Assembly (NCBI GenBank): GCA_964397655.1
Contig: CAYNKA010000003.1
Coordinates: forward strand, 323,890-387,889
Origin: an uncultured Spirochaetaceae bacterium
Lineage (GTDB): Bacteria > Spirochaetota > Spirochaetia > DTKZ01
Direction: 5' to 3'
DNA length: 64,000 nucleotides
Shown here: positions 40,428-50,700 of the stretch, one piece after another
Numbering within the stretch: the first letter of the stretch is position 1
Layout: each line of letters begins with the position of its first letter
Program-made: the position numbers and the translations under genes
The notes under the pieces: model-generated
The model's input: the letters and a program-made list of their open reading frames with translations, nothing else
Database searches by the model: none
What the model was told of the DNA's origin: nothing

Positions 40428-41513
40428 ATGGAAGAACGAAAACCGACCATCCTGATCGTGGACGACACCGCGGAGAACATCGCCATCTTGAGCGTCCTCC
40501 TCATGGGGACCTACAAGGTGAAGGTCGCGACGAACGGGGAAAAGGCCCTCGAGGTGGCCGCTCAGGAGATCCCCGATCTCATCCTCATGGACGTCATGAT
40601 GCCGGTCATGGACGGCTACGAGGCCTGCCGCCGGCTCAAGGAGAATCCGCTCCTCGCGGACATACCCGTCATCTTCCTCACGGGGAGATCTCAGATCGAC
40701 GACGAGACCATGGGGTTCAAGCTCGGAGCCGTGGATTACATCACGAAGCCGATCAGCCCTCCCATCGTGCTCGCGAGGATCAAGACCCATCTCACGCTCA
40801 AGCAGGCGCGGGACTTCCTCAAGGACAAGAACGAGTATCTGGAGGCGGAAGTCGCCCGGCGCATCCGCGAGATCGCGGTCGTCCAGGAAGTGACCATCAC
40901 AGCCCTCGCGTCGCTCGCCGAGACCCGAGACAACGAAACGGGCTCCCATCTCAAGAGGACCCGTCTCTACGTGGAGGAACTCGCCGAGGTCCTCAAGAAC
41001 CGCGACGGCTACGGGGAAGAGCTCTCCGGCGACAACATCGGGCTCATCGTCAAATCGGCTCCGCTCCACGACATCGGGAAGATCGGAATTCCGGACAACA
41101 TCCTGCTCAAGCCCGCGGACCTCTCCCAGGAGGAGTTCGACCTCATGAAGACGCACACCGCCATAGGCAGGGAGTCCATCATCCGCGCGGAGCGGCTCAT
41201 CGAAGAGCCGGAGACCTTCCTTCGGTTCGCGAAGGAGATGACCTATTCCCACCACGAGCGATGGGACGGCGGCGGCTATCCCGACGGGCTTGTGGGGGAG
41301 GCCATTCCGGTATCCGCCCGCCTCATGAGTCTCGCCGACGTCTACGACGCCCTCGTCACACGGAAGGTCTACAAGAAGGCCTTCCCTCACGACATGGCGA
41401 GAGACGCCCTGCTTTCCGGCACCGGGAAGCAGTTCGATCCGGCGGTCGTCGACGCCTTCATGGCGGCCGAGAACCGATTCAAGGTCATAGTGAAGGAGTA
41501 TCCGGACGATTAG
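40428..41513 (+). CDS. Response regulator with HD-GYP c-di-GMP phosphodiesterase domain (RpfG-like)
   Basis: SD GTGAGG 5 nt before the ATG at 40428. Receiver ILIVDD...LMDVMMPVMDG. HD domain HDIGKIG. GYP motif HHERWDGGGYPDG. Confidence 0.9.
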   Translation: MEERKPTILIVDDTAENIAILSVLLMGTYKVKVATNGEKALEVAAQEIPDLILMDVMMPVMDGYEACRRLKENPLLADIPVIFLTGRSQIDDETMGFKLGAVDYITKPISPPIVLARIKTHLTLKQARDFLKDKNEYLEAEVARRIREIAVVQEVTITALASLAETRDNETGSHLKRTRLYVEELAEVLKNRDGYGEELSGDNIGLIVKSAPLHDIGKIGIPDNILLKPADLSQEEFDLMKTHTAIGRESIIRAERLIEEPETFLRFAKEMTYSHHERWDGGGYPDGLVGEAIPVSARLMSLADVYDALVTRKVYKKAFPHDMARDALLSGTGKQFDPAVVDAFMAAENRFKVIVKEYPDD

Positions 41514-42274
41514 AGGATTCCGGCGCCGGTCCTGAGCGAATTGAGCGGATTCCCCGCGAGGTCCTCAGCGAGGGCGAACAGCGCCTTCTTGAGGCCCGAG
41601 AACGAAGCGGGGTCCAACTCGACCGCCGCTGCCCTGCGCAGATCCAGAGGCCGCGTGTGGGCTACGTAACGGACTGCCCCCTGCGAAAAAGCCGCATCGC
41701 CCTCGGGGAATGCCGCCCCCGAAGCGCAGCGCGGGCAGAGCAGACCGTGGCCGCCGCGCCGGTAGAGAAAGGCCTCGCCCTCCTCCGCCCTCCTGCCGCA
41801 CAGGCCGCAGACGTCGAGCTCGGGGAAGGTCCCGGAAAGGTCGAGGTAGCGGAGGAGCACCTGGACGAGGAGCCGGGGCACGGCCTCCTCGGGGCAGGAG
41901 TCGAGGAAACGCAGGCCCGAAAGGAGAAGGGAGAAGACCTCCTCCGCGTCGCCGCCGTAGGTCTTGAGCACGGTCTCCACCCACAGGGAGGCGGCGAAGA
42001 ATTTCGGCAGGCTTCCCCGGACGCCTTCGAAGAATTCCCGGCAATCGAGATCCGTGATCTTGACCGAATCCTTGACCGGGTCGCGATAGAGAAAGAAGGT
42101 CCCCGAGCAGAGCGGATTCGTGATGCTCCTGAGCTTCCCCTTGGCGGAATACGCTCCGTAGGCCACGGCGTCCATGATCCCGTGCTCCGGCGAGAGGAAG
42201 ACCACTCCCTTGTGGATCTCGCCGAAGCGGTTGTTCTTGAGCACGATCCCCTCGGTCCTGAAGTTCCGCTTCAC
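41510..42274 (-). CDS. recO: DNA repair protein RecO
   Basis: N-terminal OB fold (EGIVLKNNRFGE...) and a C-terminal C4 zinc motif C..C...C..C (CGLCGRR...CPRC). ATGA overlap with the upstream MFS gene. Confidence 0.8.
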   Translation of the reverse strand: MKRNFRTEGIVLKNNRFGEIHKGVVFLSPEHGIMDAVAYGAYSAKGKLRSITNPLCSGTFFLYRDPVKDSVKITDLDCREFFEGVRGSLPKFFAASLWVETVLKTYGGDAEEVFSLLLSGLRFLDSCPEEAVPRLLVQVLLRYLDLSGTFPELDVCGLCGRRAEEGEAFLYRRGGHGLLCPRCASGAAFPEGDAAFSQGAVRYVAHTRPLDLRRAAAVELDPASFSGLKKALFALAEDLAGNPLNSLRTGAGIL

Positions 42275-43647
42275 CTGCCGTCCCTCGCGACGATCCTCTC
42301 CCTGATCTTCTCGTAGGCCTTCCTGTCGATCGGGTAGAACCAGTGAACCGCGATCCCCGCGACGCAGAACGCGGCGGGAAACACGCCGGAGAGCAGGCCG
42401 ATGCCGAGGAGGGCCGGCGCACCCTGATGATCGGCCGCGGGGACGAAGCCCGAGAGGCTCAGGACCCAGCCCGAGAGGGCCACGGCGAAGGCCTGCCCCA
42501 GCTTGCTCACGAAGGTCCAGAGGCCGTAATAGATCCCCTCCCTCCTCCGGCCGGTCTCCGCGTAGTCGAACTCGGTGACGTCGGGAAGGATGGCGAAGGG
42601 CATGGCGTATTGGACCGAGAAGCCGATCCCTGCTACCGCCATGACGACGTAGGCGAAACCCGGGCCGAACCGGCCGCCGAGGAAGAAGAAGGCCAGCACC
42701 GACGCGGAGAACAGGCCCATGCCGAGGTTGTAGGTGTGCTTTTTCCCGATGCCTCGGGAAGCCCGGATCCAGACCGGAATGAACACGAGGGCGAAGGCGA
42801 GAAGCAGGATGAGCGCGGGGAGGAAGGCCTCCCGGTCCCGGTACACGTATTGAAAGTAATAGACCAGGGAGGTCTGGACCACGGTCACGCCCGTGATGTG
42901 GAGGGCCCAGGGCACGAGCACGAGGAGGAAGGGCTTGCGCTTGAGAACGTCCAGGGTTGCGGAAAACGAACCCTCGTCAGCGTCCTCCGCCGCCGCGCCC
43001 GGCTCCCGCACCGTGATCACCGTGACGAGGGCGGTCGCGGTCATGATCCCGCCCATGACCGAGGCCATGACGAGCCAGCCGGTCCCGGGGTCCGCGAAGG
43101 CCCCGGCCAGGGGAAGGACCGCTGCCGCGCCTATGAAGGTCCCGAGCACGGCGCTCGTCATGCGGTAGCCGTTCAGGACGGACCTCTCGTGATAGTCGGT
43201 CGTGAGTTCCGGCGTGAGCGCCCCGTAGGGGATGCTCACGAAGGTGTAGGCCGTGTTGAGGAGGCAGTAGGCGAAGACCGCCCAGAGGAACAGCATCCTC
43301 TGATCCGCGATGCCGGGATCCCTGAACATGAAGAGCATGGAAAAAAAGAGAAGGACCGCGCCTGCGAAGATCCAAGGCTTCCTCCGTCCCCAGCGGGTAC
43401 GCGTCCGGTCAGAAAGGACTCCGACGATCGGATCGGTGACCGCGTCCCAGACCTTCCCGATCATGAGGGCGGTTCCCGCGAGGCCGGCCTCCAGGCCGAG
43501 CCGGTTCGTGAGGTAGTAAAGGAGGTAGAATCCCATGATGGTGAAGAAGAGGTTTCCGCCGAGGTCGCAGACGCCGAAGCCGAGCTTGGTCCTGAGGGAA
43601 AGGCTTTCCTCCGCCGCGCCGCCGTTTTCTTGCGATGTGGTTTTCAT
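42271..43647 (-). CDS. MFS transporter, glycoside-pentoside-hexuronide (GPH):cation symporter family
   Basis: GPH N-terminus KLGFGVCDLGGNLFFTIMGFYLLYYLTN. 12 TM helices. Internal ATG (MKTTSQ) chosen. Confidence 0.8.
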   Translation of the reverse strand: MKTTSQENGGAAEESLSLRTKLGFGVCDLGGNLFFTIMGFYLLYYLTNRLGLEAGLAGTALMIGKVWDAVTDPIVGVLSDRTRTRWGRRKPWIFAGAVLLFFSMLFMFRDPGIADQRMLFLWAVFAYCLLNTAYTFVSIPYGALTPELTTDYHERSVLNGYRMTSAVLGTFIGAAAVLPLAGAFADPGTGWLVMASVMGGIMTATALVTVITVREPGAAAEDADEGSFSATLDVLKRKPFLLVLVPWALHITGVTVVQTSLVYYFQYVYRDREAFLPALILLLAFALVFIPVWIRASRGIGKKHTYNLGMGLFSASVLAFFFLGGRFGPGFAYVVMAVAGIGFSVQYAMPFAILPDVTEFDYAETGRRREGIYYGLWTFVSKLGQAFAVALSGWVLSLSGFVPAADHQGAPALLGIGLLSGVFPAAFCVAGIAVHWFYPIDRKAYEKIRERIVARDGR

Positions 43648-43862
43648 CGTCCGGTTTCCGTCCCGACAAGGATAGCACATTTTCCCGGCGCCGGGAAACG
43701 GTCGGGCGGAACCGGCGCGGTCCGGTTCCGAGACGATCTCCGCCGTACGGCCGGCGTTCATTTTTTTGCCGAATCATCCTGAAGGTCATGGTATTTCGAT
43801 CCTTGTTCTCCACGAAAAGTGTTTCCTGATGGTCGTAAATGAACGATGAGGAAATCGGGATG

Positions 43863-43891
43863 TTGACAACCGGAATCATCTGTATTAGATT
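43863..43891 (+). promoter_or_regulatory. Near-consensus sigma70 promoter TTGACA-17-TAGATT in a 450-bp non-coding region
   Basis: Perfect -35 hexamer, 17-nt spacer, -10 TAGATT. Plus-oriented, about 210 bp upstream of the TetR coding start. Confidence 0.45.
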
Positions 43892-44002
43892 CTTAGTACA
43901 CTAGCATATAGTGCCTAAAAGCGAAAATCGGTTTTCCGTTTCATCTTCGGTTCCTTTCCGGGCGTCGAGCCGGACCGAGGGATCGAGGCGGGAGGGCTCA
44001 AA

Positions 44003-44030
44003 GGAGGCAGTAAAGCCTCCCTTGCCTTTT
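44003..44030 (+). terminator. Hairpin GGAGGC-agtaaa-GCCTCC plus U-rich tail (attenuator or sRNA 3' end candidate)
   Basis: Perfect 6-bp GC stem followed by cttgccTTTTccTT. Lies about 110 nt downstream of the promoter above and about 70 nt upstream of the TetR ORF. Confidence 0.35.
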
Positions 44031-44099
44031 CCTTCGCGAGGCGGTATATTCTACTTCGCTTTGTTAACGATCGTTCGGTAACTTGACGGGAGTGCGACC

Positions 44100-45365
44100 A
44101 TAAAAAGATACAATCAGCGGGAACGGATCATCCGGGCCGCATTCAAGGAGTGGGGGAAAACCAACTACTCCAACACCAGCCTCAGCCTCCTCACGAACGG
44201 GCTCGGCATCACGAAGCCGGCGCTCTACAAGCATTTCATGAACAAGGAGGAGCTCCTCCGGGCGATGGAGATCCGGTTCGTGGACGACTACCTGACCGCC
44301 CATCGGGATTATCAGCGGGAAGCGGCCGGCATGCCCTTCGAGCAGGCGCTTCGGAGCCTCGTGCGGAAGCTCTTCGGCTTCTACCACGACAATCCCTATT
44401 ATTACGTCTTCTTCCTGATCCAGATGCTCAAGCATCCGTTCTCGCAGCAGCCCGACGTCCACGAACTCATGAAGGAGCAGCTCGCGCTCTTCAGGGACTT
44501 CTTCCGGAAAAACCTCGCGAACGAGACCGCGCAGGAGAGCCGGGACCGTCTCCACTATTTCTACGTCGCGACGACCTTCTGGTTCTCCCCTCATTTCATC
44601 GACGGCTGCAAGGGAACCTCCAAGACGCCGAAACTCTCGAGCGCCGAGATCGACGCCGCGGTCGAGGAAACCTGCCGGTTCTGCCTCGGAGGAGTCGTGC
44701 GGGACAAGAAAAGCGCCCGCGTCGACTACGAAGGCATCGAAAAAAGCTGCGCGGTTCTCCCGGCGGACAGCCTTCCTCGGGACAGAATCCTCTCCGCGAT
44801 CGAGGAGGTGATCACGGAAGAAGGGGTGCAGAACACGACGATCGACAAGATCGCCGCGAAGGTGGGCATGTCCAAGAGCAGCCTCTACTTCTTCTTCAAG
44901 AACAAGGACGAGATGCTCACGAAGATGGTGGAGCGGGAACAGCAGCATCTGCGCAGGATCGTGAGGGAGCGCCTCGACGGTCTCGCGACCTTTCCGGAGC
45001 GGGCTTACGGCTTCATGATCGCGATGGCCTCCTACGCCATGAACAACCCCGCATTGCTCACCGCCATCGGCTGGCTCCGGTCCCAGAACATCGACTTCGG
45101 GGTGAAGCATCCCGGCAAGGATTTCACCGAGGAGTTCTTCTTCTTCATCCGGGAGGCCGAGCGTGAAGGCGTGCTCGCCCTCTCGGACGACCGGGCCCTC
45201 CGCGCCGGCGCTCTGCTCCACGTGATATCGATGCACGTGATCATGGCGATGCAGCGCATCGGCCGCAGCCGCGACGAGATCGTCGCGACCGTACGGAATT
45301 TCCACGCCTATTACCTGCACGGCTTGCTGGCGGCGGGAGAAAAGGAACCCGTCGAGAAACCATGA
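44100..45365 (+). CDS. Tandem TetR-family regulator (two TetR_N HTH domains in one about 420-aa polypeptide); non-canonical or unknown start
   Basis: HTH 1: RIIRAAFKEWGKTNYSNTSLSLLTNGLGITKPALYKHFMNKEEL. HTH 2: RILSAIEEVITEEGVQNTTIDKIAAKVGMSKSSLYFFFKNKDEML. HTH 1 lies upstream of the first in-frame ATG (44238). No ATG/GTG/TTG lies in frame between the stop at 44079 and the HTH. GGGAG sits 7 nt before ATA at 44100. Confidence 0.7.
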   Translation: MKRYNQRERIIRAAFKEWGKTNYSNTSLSLLTNGLGITKPALYKHFMNKEELLRAMEIRFVDDYLTAHRDYQREAAGMPFEQALRSLVRKLFGFYHDNPYYYVFFLIQMLKHPFSQQPDVHELMKEQLALFRDFFRKNLANETAQESRDRLHYFYVATTFWFSPHFIDGCKGTSKTPKLSSAEIDAAVEETCRFCLGGVVRDKKSARVDYEGIEKSCAVLPADSLPRDRILSAIEEVITEEGVQNTTIDKIAAKVGMSKSSLYFFFKNKDEMLTKMVEREQQHLRRIVRERLDGLATFPERAYGFMIAMASYAMNNPALLTAIGWLRSQNIDFGVKHPGKDFTEEFFFFIREAEREGVLALSDDRALRAGALLHVISMHVIMAMQRIGRSRDEIVATVRNFHAYYLHGLLAAGEKEPVEKP

Positions 45366-45376
45366 AAGGAGTGTTT

Positions 45377-46765
45377 ATGAATCCCATGCGGCTCCTTCTC
45401 CTCCCGGCCCTCCTGGCATTCCTCGCGGCGCCGACGTTCGGAGAAGAGGAACTCGTCCTCGACTTGGACACCGCCGTGAACCTCGCCCTCCGGAGCAACC
45501 TCGGCATCGAGATCGAGACCCTCGGGCTCGAGGTCAAGCGGAACGCGAAGGACACGGCCTACAACATCTACTACCCCCAGGTCACGGCGGGCGCGAGTTT
45601 CTCGCGGCCCAACGTCGCGCCGAGCGCGACGACGCTCGTTCCCGACATGACCTCAATCGGTCCGGGACCCACCTTCGACCGGGTAAGGCCGTATTCCCCG
45701 GACCTTCCGCGCAACTACCTCTCCGCGAAGCTCCAGGCCCAGCTCAACCTCTCGCTGGTCCAGATCCAATCGATCCGGCTCACGGTCCAGGACTGGGAGG
45801 CCGGGCTTCTCAACCTCGAAAGCGCGAAGAAGAGGCTCGCGCTCGACGTGAAGAAGTCCTTCTTCAACATCCTCGTGCTCGAGGAGAACATCAGGCTCAC
45901 GGAGCAGAACATCCAGGCAGCGGTCACCCGCTACGAGACGGCCAGGGGCAACTACCGGAACGGGCTCGTGGACGAGTACGCGATGCTGAGCGCGCAGGTC
46001 GCCGTGGAATCCCTGAAACCGGTGCTCGAGGAGATCAGGAACGGCTACAAGACCGCCCTCCTCTCCTTCAAGATGACGATAGGGCTCGATTTCGACAAAT
46101 CGATAAAACTGAAAGGTTCCATCGAACCGGAAATTTCGAGGTTCGACGCGAAGGAACTCGCCGGCAGATTCATGGACGGCAGGCTCGACGTTCGAAGCCT
46201 CGTGCTCGCCGGGAAGATCGCGGAAACCCAGGAGAAGCAGAGTAGGGCTTCCCTGTACCCGACCCTGAGCCTCATTTACTCGATGGACCCGACGCTCCAG
46301 GGCGACCCCCTGAAGGACTCCTGGACCAAGGACTGGGAACAGCAGAGCGGGGCCTTCGTGCTCGGCCTCAACCTTTCGCTCGACAACTTCATCCCGGGCT
46401 CGGCCGCGGAGAACAGGATCAGGAACGCGGCCATCGCGCGGGAACAGAACAGGGTCCGGCTCGCACAGGCGCTCCAGGCCGCGGAGCTCGAGATCCGCCG
46501 AATCGTGATGGCGCTCGAGAAGTCGAGGAATTCCATGGAGGTCCTCAAGCTCAACATCGAGCTCGCCGACAAGGCGAACCGCATGGGACAGGAGGCCTAC
46601 AAGGCCGGTCTCAAGGAATACTCGCAGATCGAGACCACCGAGGTGAACCTCCAGGAGGCCAAGTTCAACCTCCTCAAGGAAAAGCTCAACTACCTCACCG
46701 GGCTTCTCGACCTCGAGAACGCCCTGAACGCGACCATCGACACGATAAAAGGAAGGAAACAATGA
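45377..46765 (+). CDS. TolC-family outer-membrane efflux protein
   Basis: SD AAGGAG 5 nt before the ATG. Signal peptide. Two-repeat TolC architecture, about 460 aa. Start of the efflux operon. Confidence 0.85.
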   Translation: MNPMRLLLLPALLAFLAAPTFGEEELVLDLDTAVNLALRSNLGIEIETLGLEVKRNAKDTAYNIYYPQVTAGASFSRPNVAPSATTLVPDMTSIGPGPTFDRVRPYSPDLPRNYLSAKLQAQLNLSLVQIQSIRLTVQDWEAGLLNLESAKKRLALDVKKSFFNILVLEENIRLTEQNIQAAVTRYETARGNYRNGLVDEYAMLSAQVAVESLKPVLEEIRNGYKTALLSFKMTIGLDFDKSIKLKGSIEPEISRFDAKELAGRFMDGRLDVRSLVLAGKIAETQEKQSRASLYPTLSLIYSMDPTLQGDPLKDSWTKDWEQQSGAFVLGLNLSLDNFIPGSAAENRIRNAAIAREQNRVRLAQALQAAELEIRRIVMALEKSRNSMEVLKLNIELADKANRMGQEAYKAGLKEYSQIETTEVNLQEAKFNLLKEKLNYLTGLLDLENALNATIDTIKGRKQ

Positions 46766-47745
46766 AGGGAAAGACGGTAAAGATCATCGTCATCGTCGTC
46801 GTGATCCTCCTCGCCGCGGGGGGGTTCTTCTTCGCCGAGTACAAGAAACGGGCCGGAACCGGGGCGAAGAACGACCCCAAGAGCAAGCTCGTCCAGAACG
46901 TCGAAACGGTCTTCGCGGTGAACACCACGAAGGCGGTCCTCGGACAGATCAACGACTACATCGAGCTCAACGGCGACGTGGAGACGAAGTCGAGCGTCGA
47001 CATATACGCGGACACATCGGGCAAGCTCGTGCGGCTTCCCATAACGGTCGGCGACCGCATCACGAAGGACCAGGTGATCGCCCTCGTGGATCCCTCCAGG
47101 CCCGGCTCCAACTTCGTGGCAAGCCCCGTGAAATCGCCCATCTCCGGGACCATAACGAACATCCCCGTCTACGTGGGGAGCACCGTGACCCAGGCCACGC
47201 CCATCGCGAGGGTCACCACGACCGACCAGGTCGAGATCCGAACAGTCGTGGCCGAACGCTTCATCTCCAAGATGAAGGTGGGGCTCGAAGCCGTTCTCAG
47301 CTTCGAGGCTTACCCCGGGATTTCCTTCAAGGGTTACATAACCGAGCTCAGCCCGGTCGTGGATCCCCAGACGAGGACCCTCGAGGTCAAGCTCAGGCTC
47401 GCCCAGCCCGACGGCAGGATCAAGCCGGGCATGTTCGCCGCGGTCAAGATCGTCACGGAAAGAAAGACCTCGATCGTGAAGGTGCCGTCCGACTGCCTCG
47501 TCAAGCGATTCGGGGGAAACTACGTGTTCGTCGTGAAGGCGGACCCCGCGGATCCCGCCAAGACCGTCGTGGAGCGCAGGGAGGTGACTCCGGGCATCCA
47601 GATCGACAACAAGCTGGAAATCCTCTCCGGCCTCGCGCCGAACGAGGAGATCGTCTACCAGGGGCAGACGCTCCTCGAGGACAAGTCCCAGGTCAAGGTC
47701 GTCGGCAAGGTGGATCCCCTGCCCTCTACCGACACGGTCCAGTAG
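46762..47745 (+). CDS. Efflux RND transporter periplasmic adaptor (membrane fusion protein)
   Basis: ATGA overlap with the upstream gene. N-terminal TM helix, then lipoyl, beta-barrel and MP domains (HlyD_D23-like). Confidence 0.9.
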   Translation: MKGKTVKIIVIVVVILLAAGGFFFAEYKKRAGTGAKNDPKSKLVQNVETVFAVNTTKAVLGQINDYIELNGDVETKSSVDIYADTSGKLVRLPITVGDRITKDQVIALVDPSRPGSNFVASPVKSPISGTITNIPVYVGSTVTQATPIARVTTTDQVEIRTVVAERFISKMKVGLEAVLSFEAYPGISFKGYITELSPVVDPQTRTLEVKLRLAQPDGRIKPGMFAAVKIVTERKTSIVKVPSDCLVKRFGGNYVFVVKADPADPAKTVVERREVTPGIQIDNKLEILSGLAPNEEIVYQGQTLLEDKSQVKVVGKVDPLPSTDTVQ

Positions 47746-47754
47746 GAGGGCAAG

Positions 47755-50700
47755 ATGATCGCTAAAACAGCCGTTTCCCGGCCTACCACCTTCCTCATCG
47801 TATTCGTACTCGTGGTGGGTTTCGGTCTCTATACGGCGTCCGACCTTTCCATCGACCTGTATCCCGACGTGACCCCGCCGGTCCTGCTCGTCTTCACGAA
47901 CTACTCCGGCGTAGGGCCGGAGGAGATAGAAACCACCGTCACGCGCCCCCTCGAGGCGGCACTGAGCAACGTGGCGAACATCGACAAGATAACGTCGGTG
48001 TCGGCGGAGGGCTCCAGCCAGATAACCATACAGTTCGTCTACGGCACGAACATGGACGAGGCGCCCAACGACGTGCGCGACAAGCTCGAATTCGTGAAGG
48101 ACAACCTTCCCGACGACGCGACGACTCCCCAGATCTTCAAATTCGACCCGTCGATGATCCCCATCCTCATGCTCGCCGTGAAGGGAAACCGCAGTCCGGA
48201 GGAGCTCAAGAAGATCGCCGAGGACACGATCCAGCCCAGGATCGAACAGGTGGAGGGAGTCTCGCTCACCTCCGTGAGCGGGGGCCGCGAGAGGGCCATC
48301 ATGGTGGAGATCCCCCAGAACCGGCTCGAGGCCTACAACCTCACCCTCACGCAGATTTCCCAGAGCCTGAAGGGTCAGAACATCCAAATAAGCGCAGGAT
48401 CCATAACGGAGGGAAGCAAGAACTACCTCATCCGGACCTCGGGCGAGTACAAGACCATCGACGAGATCAAGAACACGGTCATCGCCTACAAGGGTTCGCA
48501 GTTCACGGCGCGGGAGGCCGGGGTCAAGAACAGCCAGGTCGTCAGGCTCCGCGACATCGCCAACGTGTACGACGGCTTCAAGAAGGAAACGAACAACGTC
48601 TTCATCAACGGCCAGCCCGGCGTGTACATCACCGTCCAGAAGCAGAGCGGAACGAACTCGGTGAAGACCGCGGACAACGTCATGGCGAGGCTCAAGAAGA
48701 TCAACCAGGAGATCCCTCGGGGGATCAGCGTGGAAGTGCTGCACGACACCACGAAGATCATCCGCAACTCCCTCGCCGAGGTCTCGTCGACCGCGACCTC
48801 CGGGGCCTTTCTCGCGGTCGTCATCCTCTTCGTGTTCCTCAGGAGCGTCAGGACGACCCTCATCATCGGCATCTCCATCCCGGTCTCGATCGTCATAACC
48901 TTCATGCTCATGTACTTCACGGGCCTCACGCTCAACATGATGACCCTCACGGGACTCGCCCTCGGGGTCGGCATGCTCGTGGACAACTCCATCGTCATCC
49001 TCGAAAACATCTACCGCTACCGCGAGAAGGGGACCAAGCTCACCGCCGCCTCCATTCTGGGCACCCAGGAAATGATCACCGCGATCACGGCCTCCACGCT
49101 CACCACCATCGTCGTCTTCGCGCCCGTGGTCATCTTCCGCACCGAGCTCGGCATGATGGGCGAGATGCTCGCGAGCCTCTCCTTCACGGTGGTAATCTCC
49201 CTCACCGCGAGCCTTTTCGTCGCGATCTTCCTGGTGCCCGTTCTCACGAGCAAGTACCTCCCGATCTTCTCGCGGAAGGAGGAGCCGCTCACCGGCTTCA
49301 GGAAGCGGATCGACGACGCCATGGGGAAATTCTTCGAACGCATGGACGAGGCCTACAAGAATTCGCTCCGCTTCGTCCTTAAGCACCGCGTCTCCACGAT
49401 CCTGGGAATAATCGTCATTTTCGCCGGAAGCTTCCTGCTCGTACCCCTGACGGGCTTCGAGTTCATGCCGACGATGCAGCAGGACTCGGTCTCCGTGAAC
49501 GTCGAGCTCCCCATCGGGACCAAGCTCGAGATCACCCAGTCGGTGCTCAAGCAGCTCGAGCTCATCGTCCAGCAGGAGGTCAAGGGCTACCAGAACATAG
49601 CGATCTCCGCAGGATCGAGGTCCTTCTTCGGCTTCCTGGGAGCGACGCAATCGCACAAGGGCACCATCTCGATCACGCTCCCGCCCTTCAAGGACAGGAT
49701 CGACGACTCCCATACCGTGGAGCAGAAGCTCAGGAGCCATTTCAACGATTTTCCGTCGGCGGTCTTCTCGTTCCGGCAGAACCGCGGGTTCGGCGGCAAC
49801 GCGAATCCCATCGACATCCTCGTGAAGTCCGACGACCTCGTAAAAAGCAAGGAAGTCGCGCAGAAGATCAGGGACATCATCAAGGCGGAGATCCCCGAGG
49901 CCACGGAGCCGACCATCGACCTCAAGGACGGTCTTCCCCAGGTGGAAATCATCATCGACCGCGACCGCGCCTACGACCTCGGCCTCAACATCGCCACCAT
50001 CGGCCAGGAGATCAGGGCCAACATCGACGGAATCACATCCTCCCAGTACCGGGAAAAAGGGTCCGAATACGACATCGTCGTTATCCTCGATCCCAAGGAC
50101 AGGGACGCGATTCCGGACCTCAACAAGATTTCGGTGACCAACTCCCAGGGCAGGAGAATTTCGCTCGCGAGCTTCGCCAGGCTCGAACGGACCACGGGCC
50201 CGGTGACGATCAACCGCGAGAACCAGATCCGCACCGTGCACGTCACCGCCGGCGTCCTCAAGGGCACCGACCTCAACAAGATCGAGACGGGCATCCGCTC
50301 GCTCATCACCGAACGGATACCGGCCGACGAATCCTACACGATCGAGTTCTCGGGCGACTACGCCGACCTCATGAAATACGGCTACAAGATCGTCATCATC
50401 CTCATCATCTCCGTAGCCCTCGTCTTCGGCGTCATGGCGAGCCAGTTCGAGTCCCTCCTCGACCCGTTCATCATCATGTTCACCATCCCGCTCACCCTCA
50501 TCGGGGTCATCGCCATCCACGTGCTCACGAAGACGAACTTCAGCATGTTCACCGCGGTGGGCATCGTGACGCTCGCGGGCGTGGTCGTGAACAACGGCAT
50601 CGTCCTCGTGGACTACACGAACATGCTCCGCAAGCGGGGCAGGCCCATCATCGACGCCTGCGTCGAGGCCGGCGGCAACAGGCTCAGGCCCATCCTCATG

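Noticed and set aside
41261-42422. Alternate-frame ORFs (41261-42316 plus, 41565-42422 minus) over recO
   Set aside because: Low-complexity Arg/Gly-rich translations. The RecO frame has the OB-fold N-terminus and a Cys4 zinc motif.
46690-50520. 1276-aa minus ORF antisense to the RND efflux genes
   Set aside because: Acidic/Arg-rich low-complexity translation. The sense frames encode canonical MFP and RND proteins.
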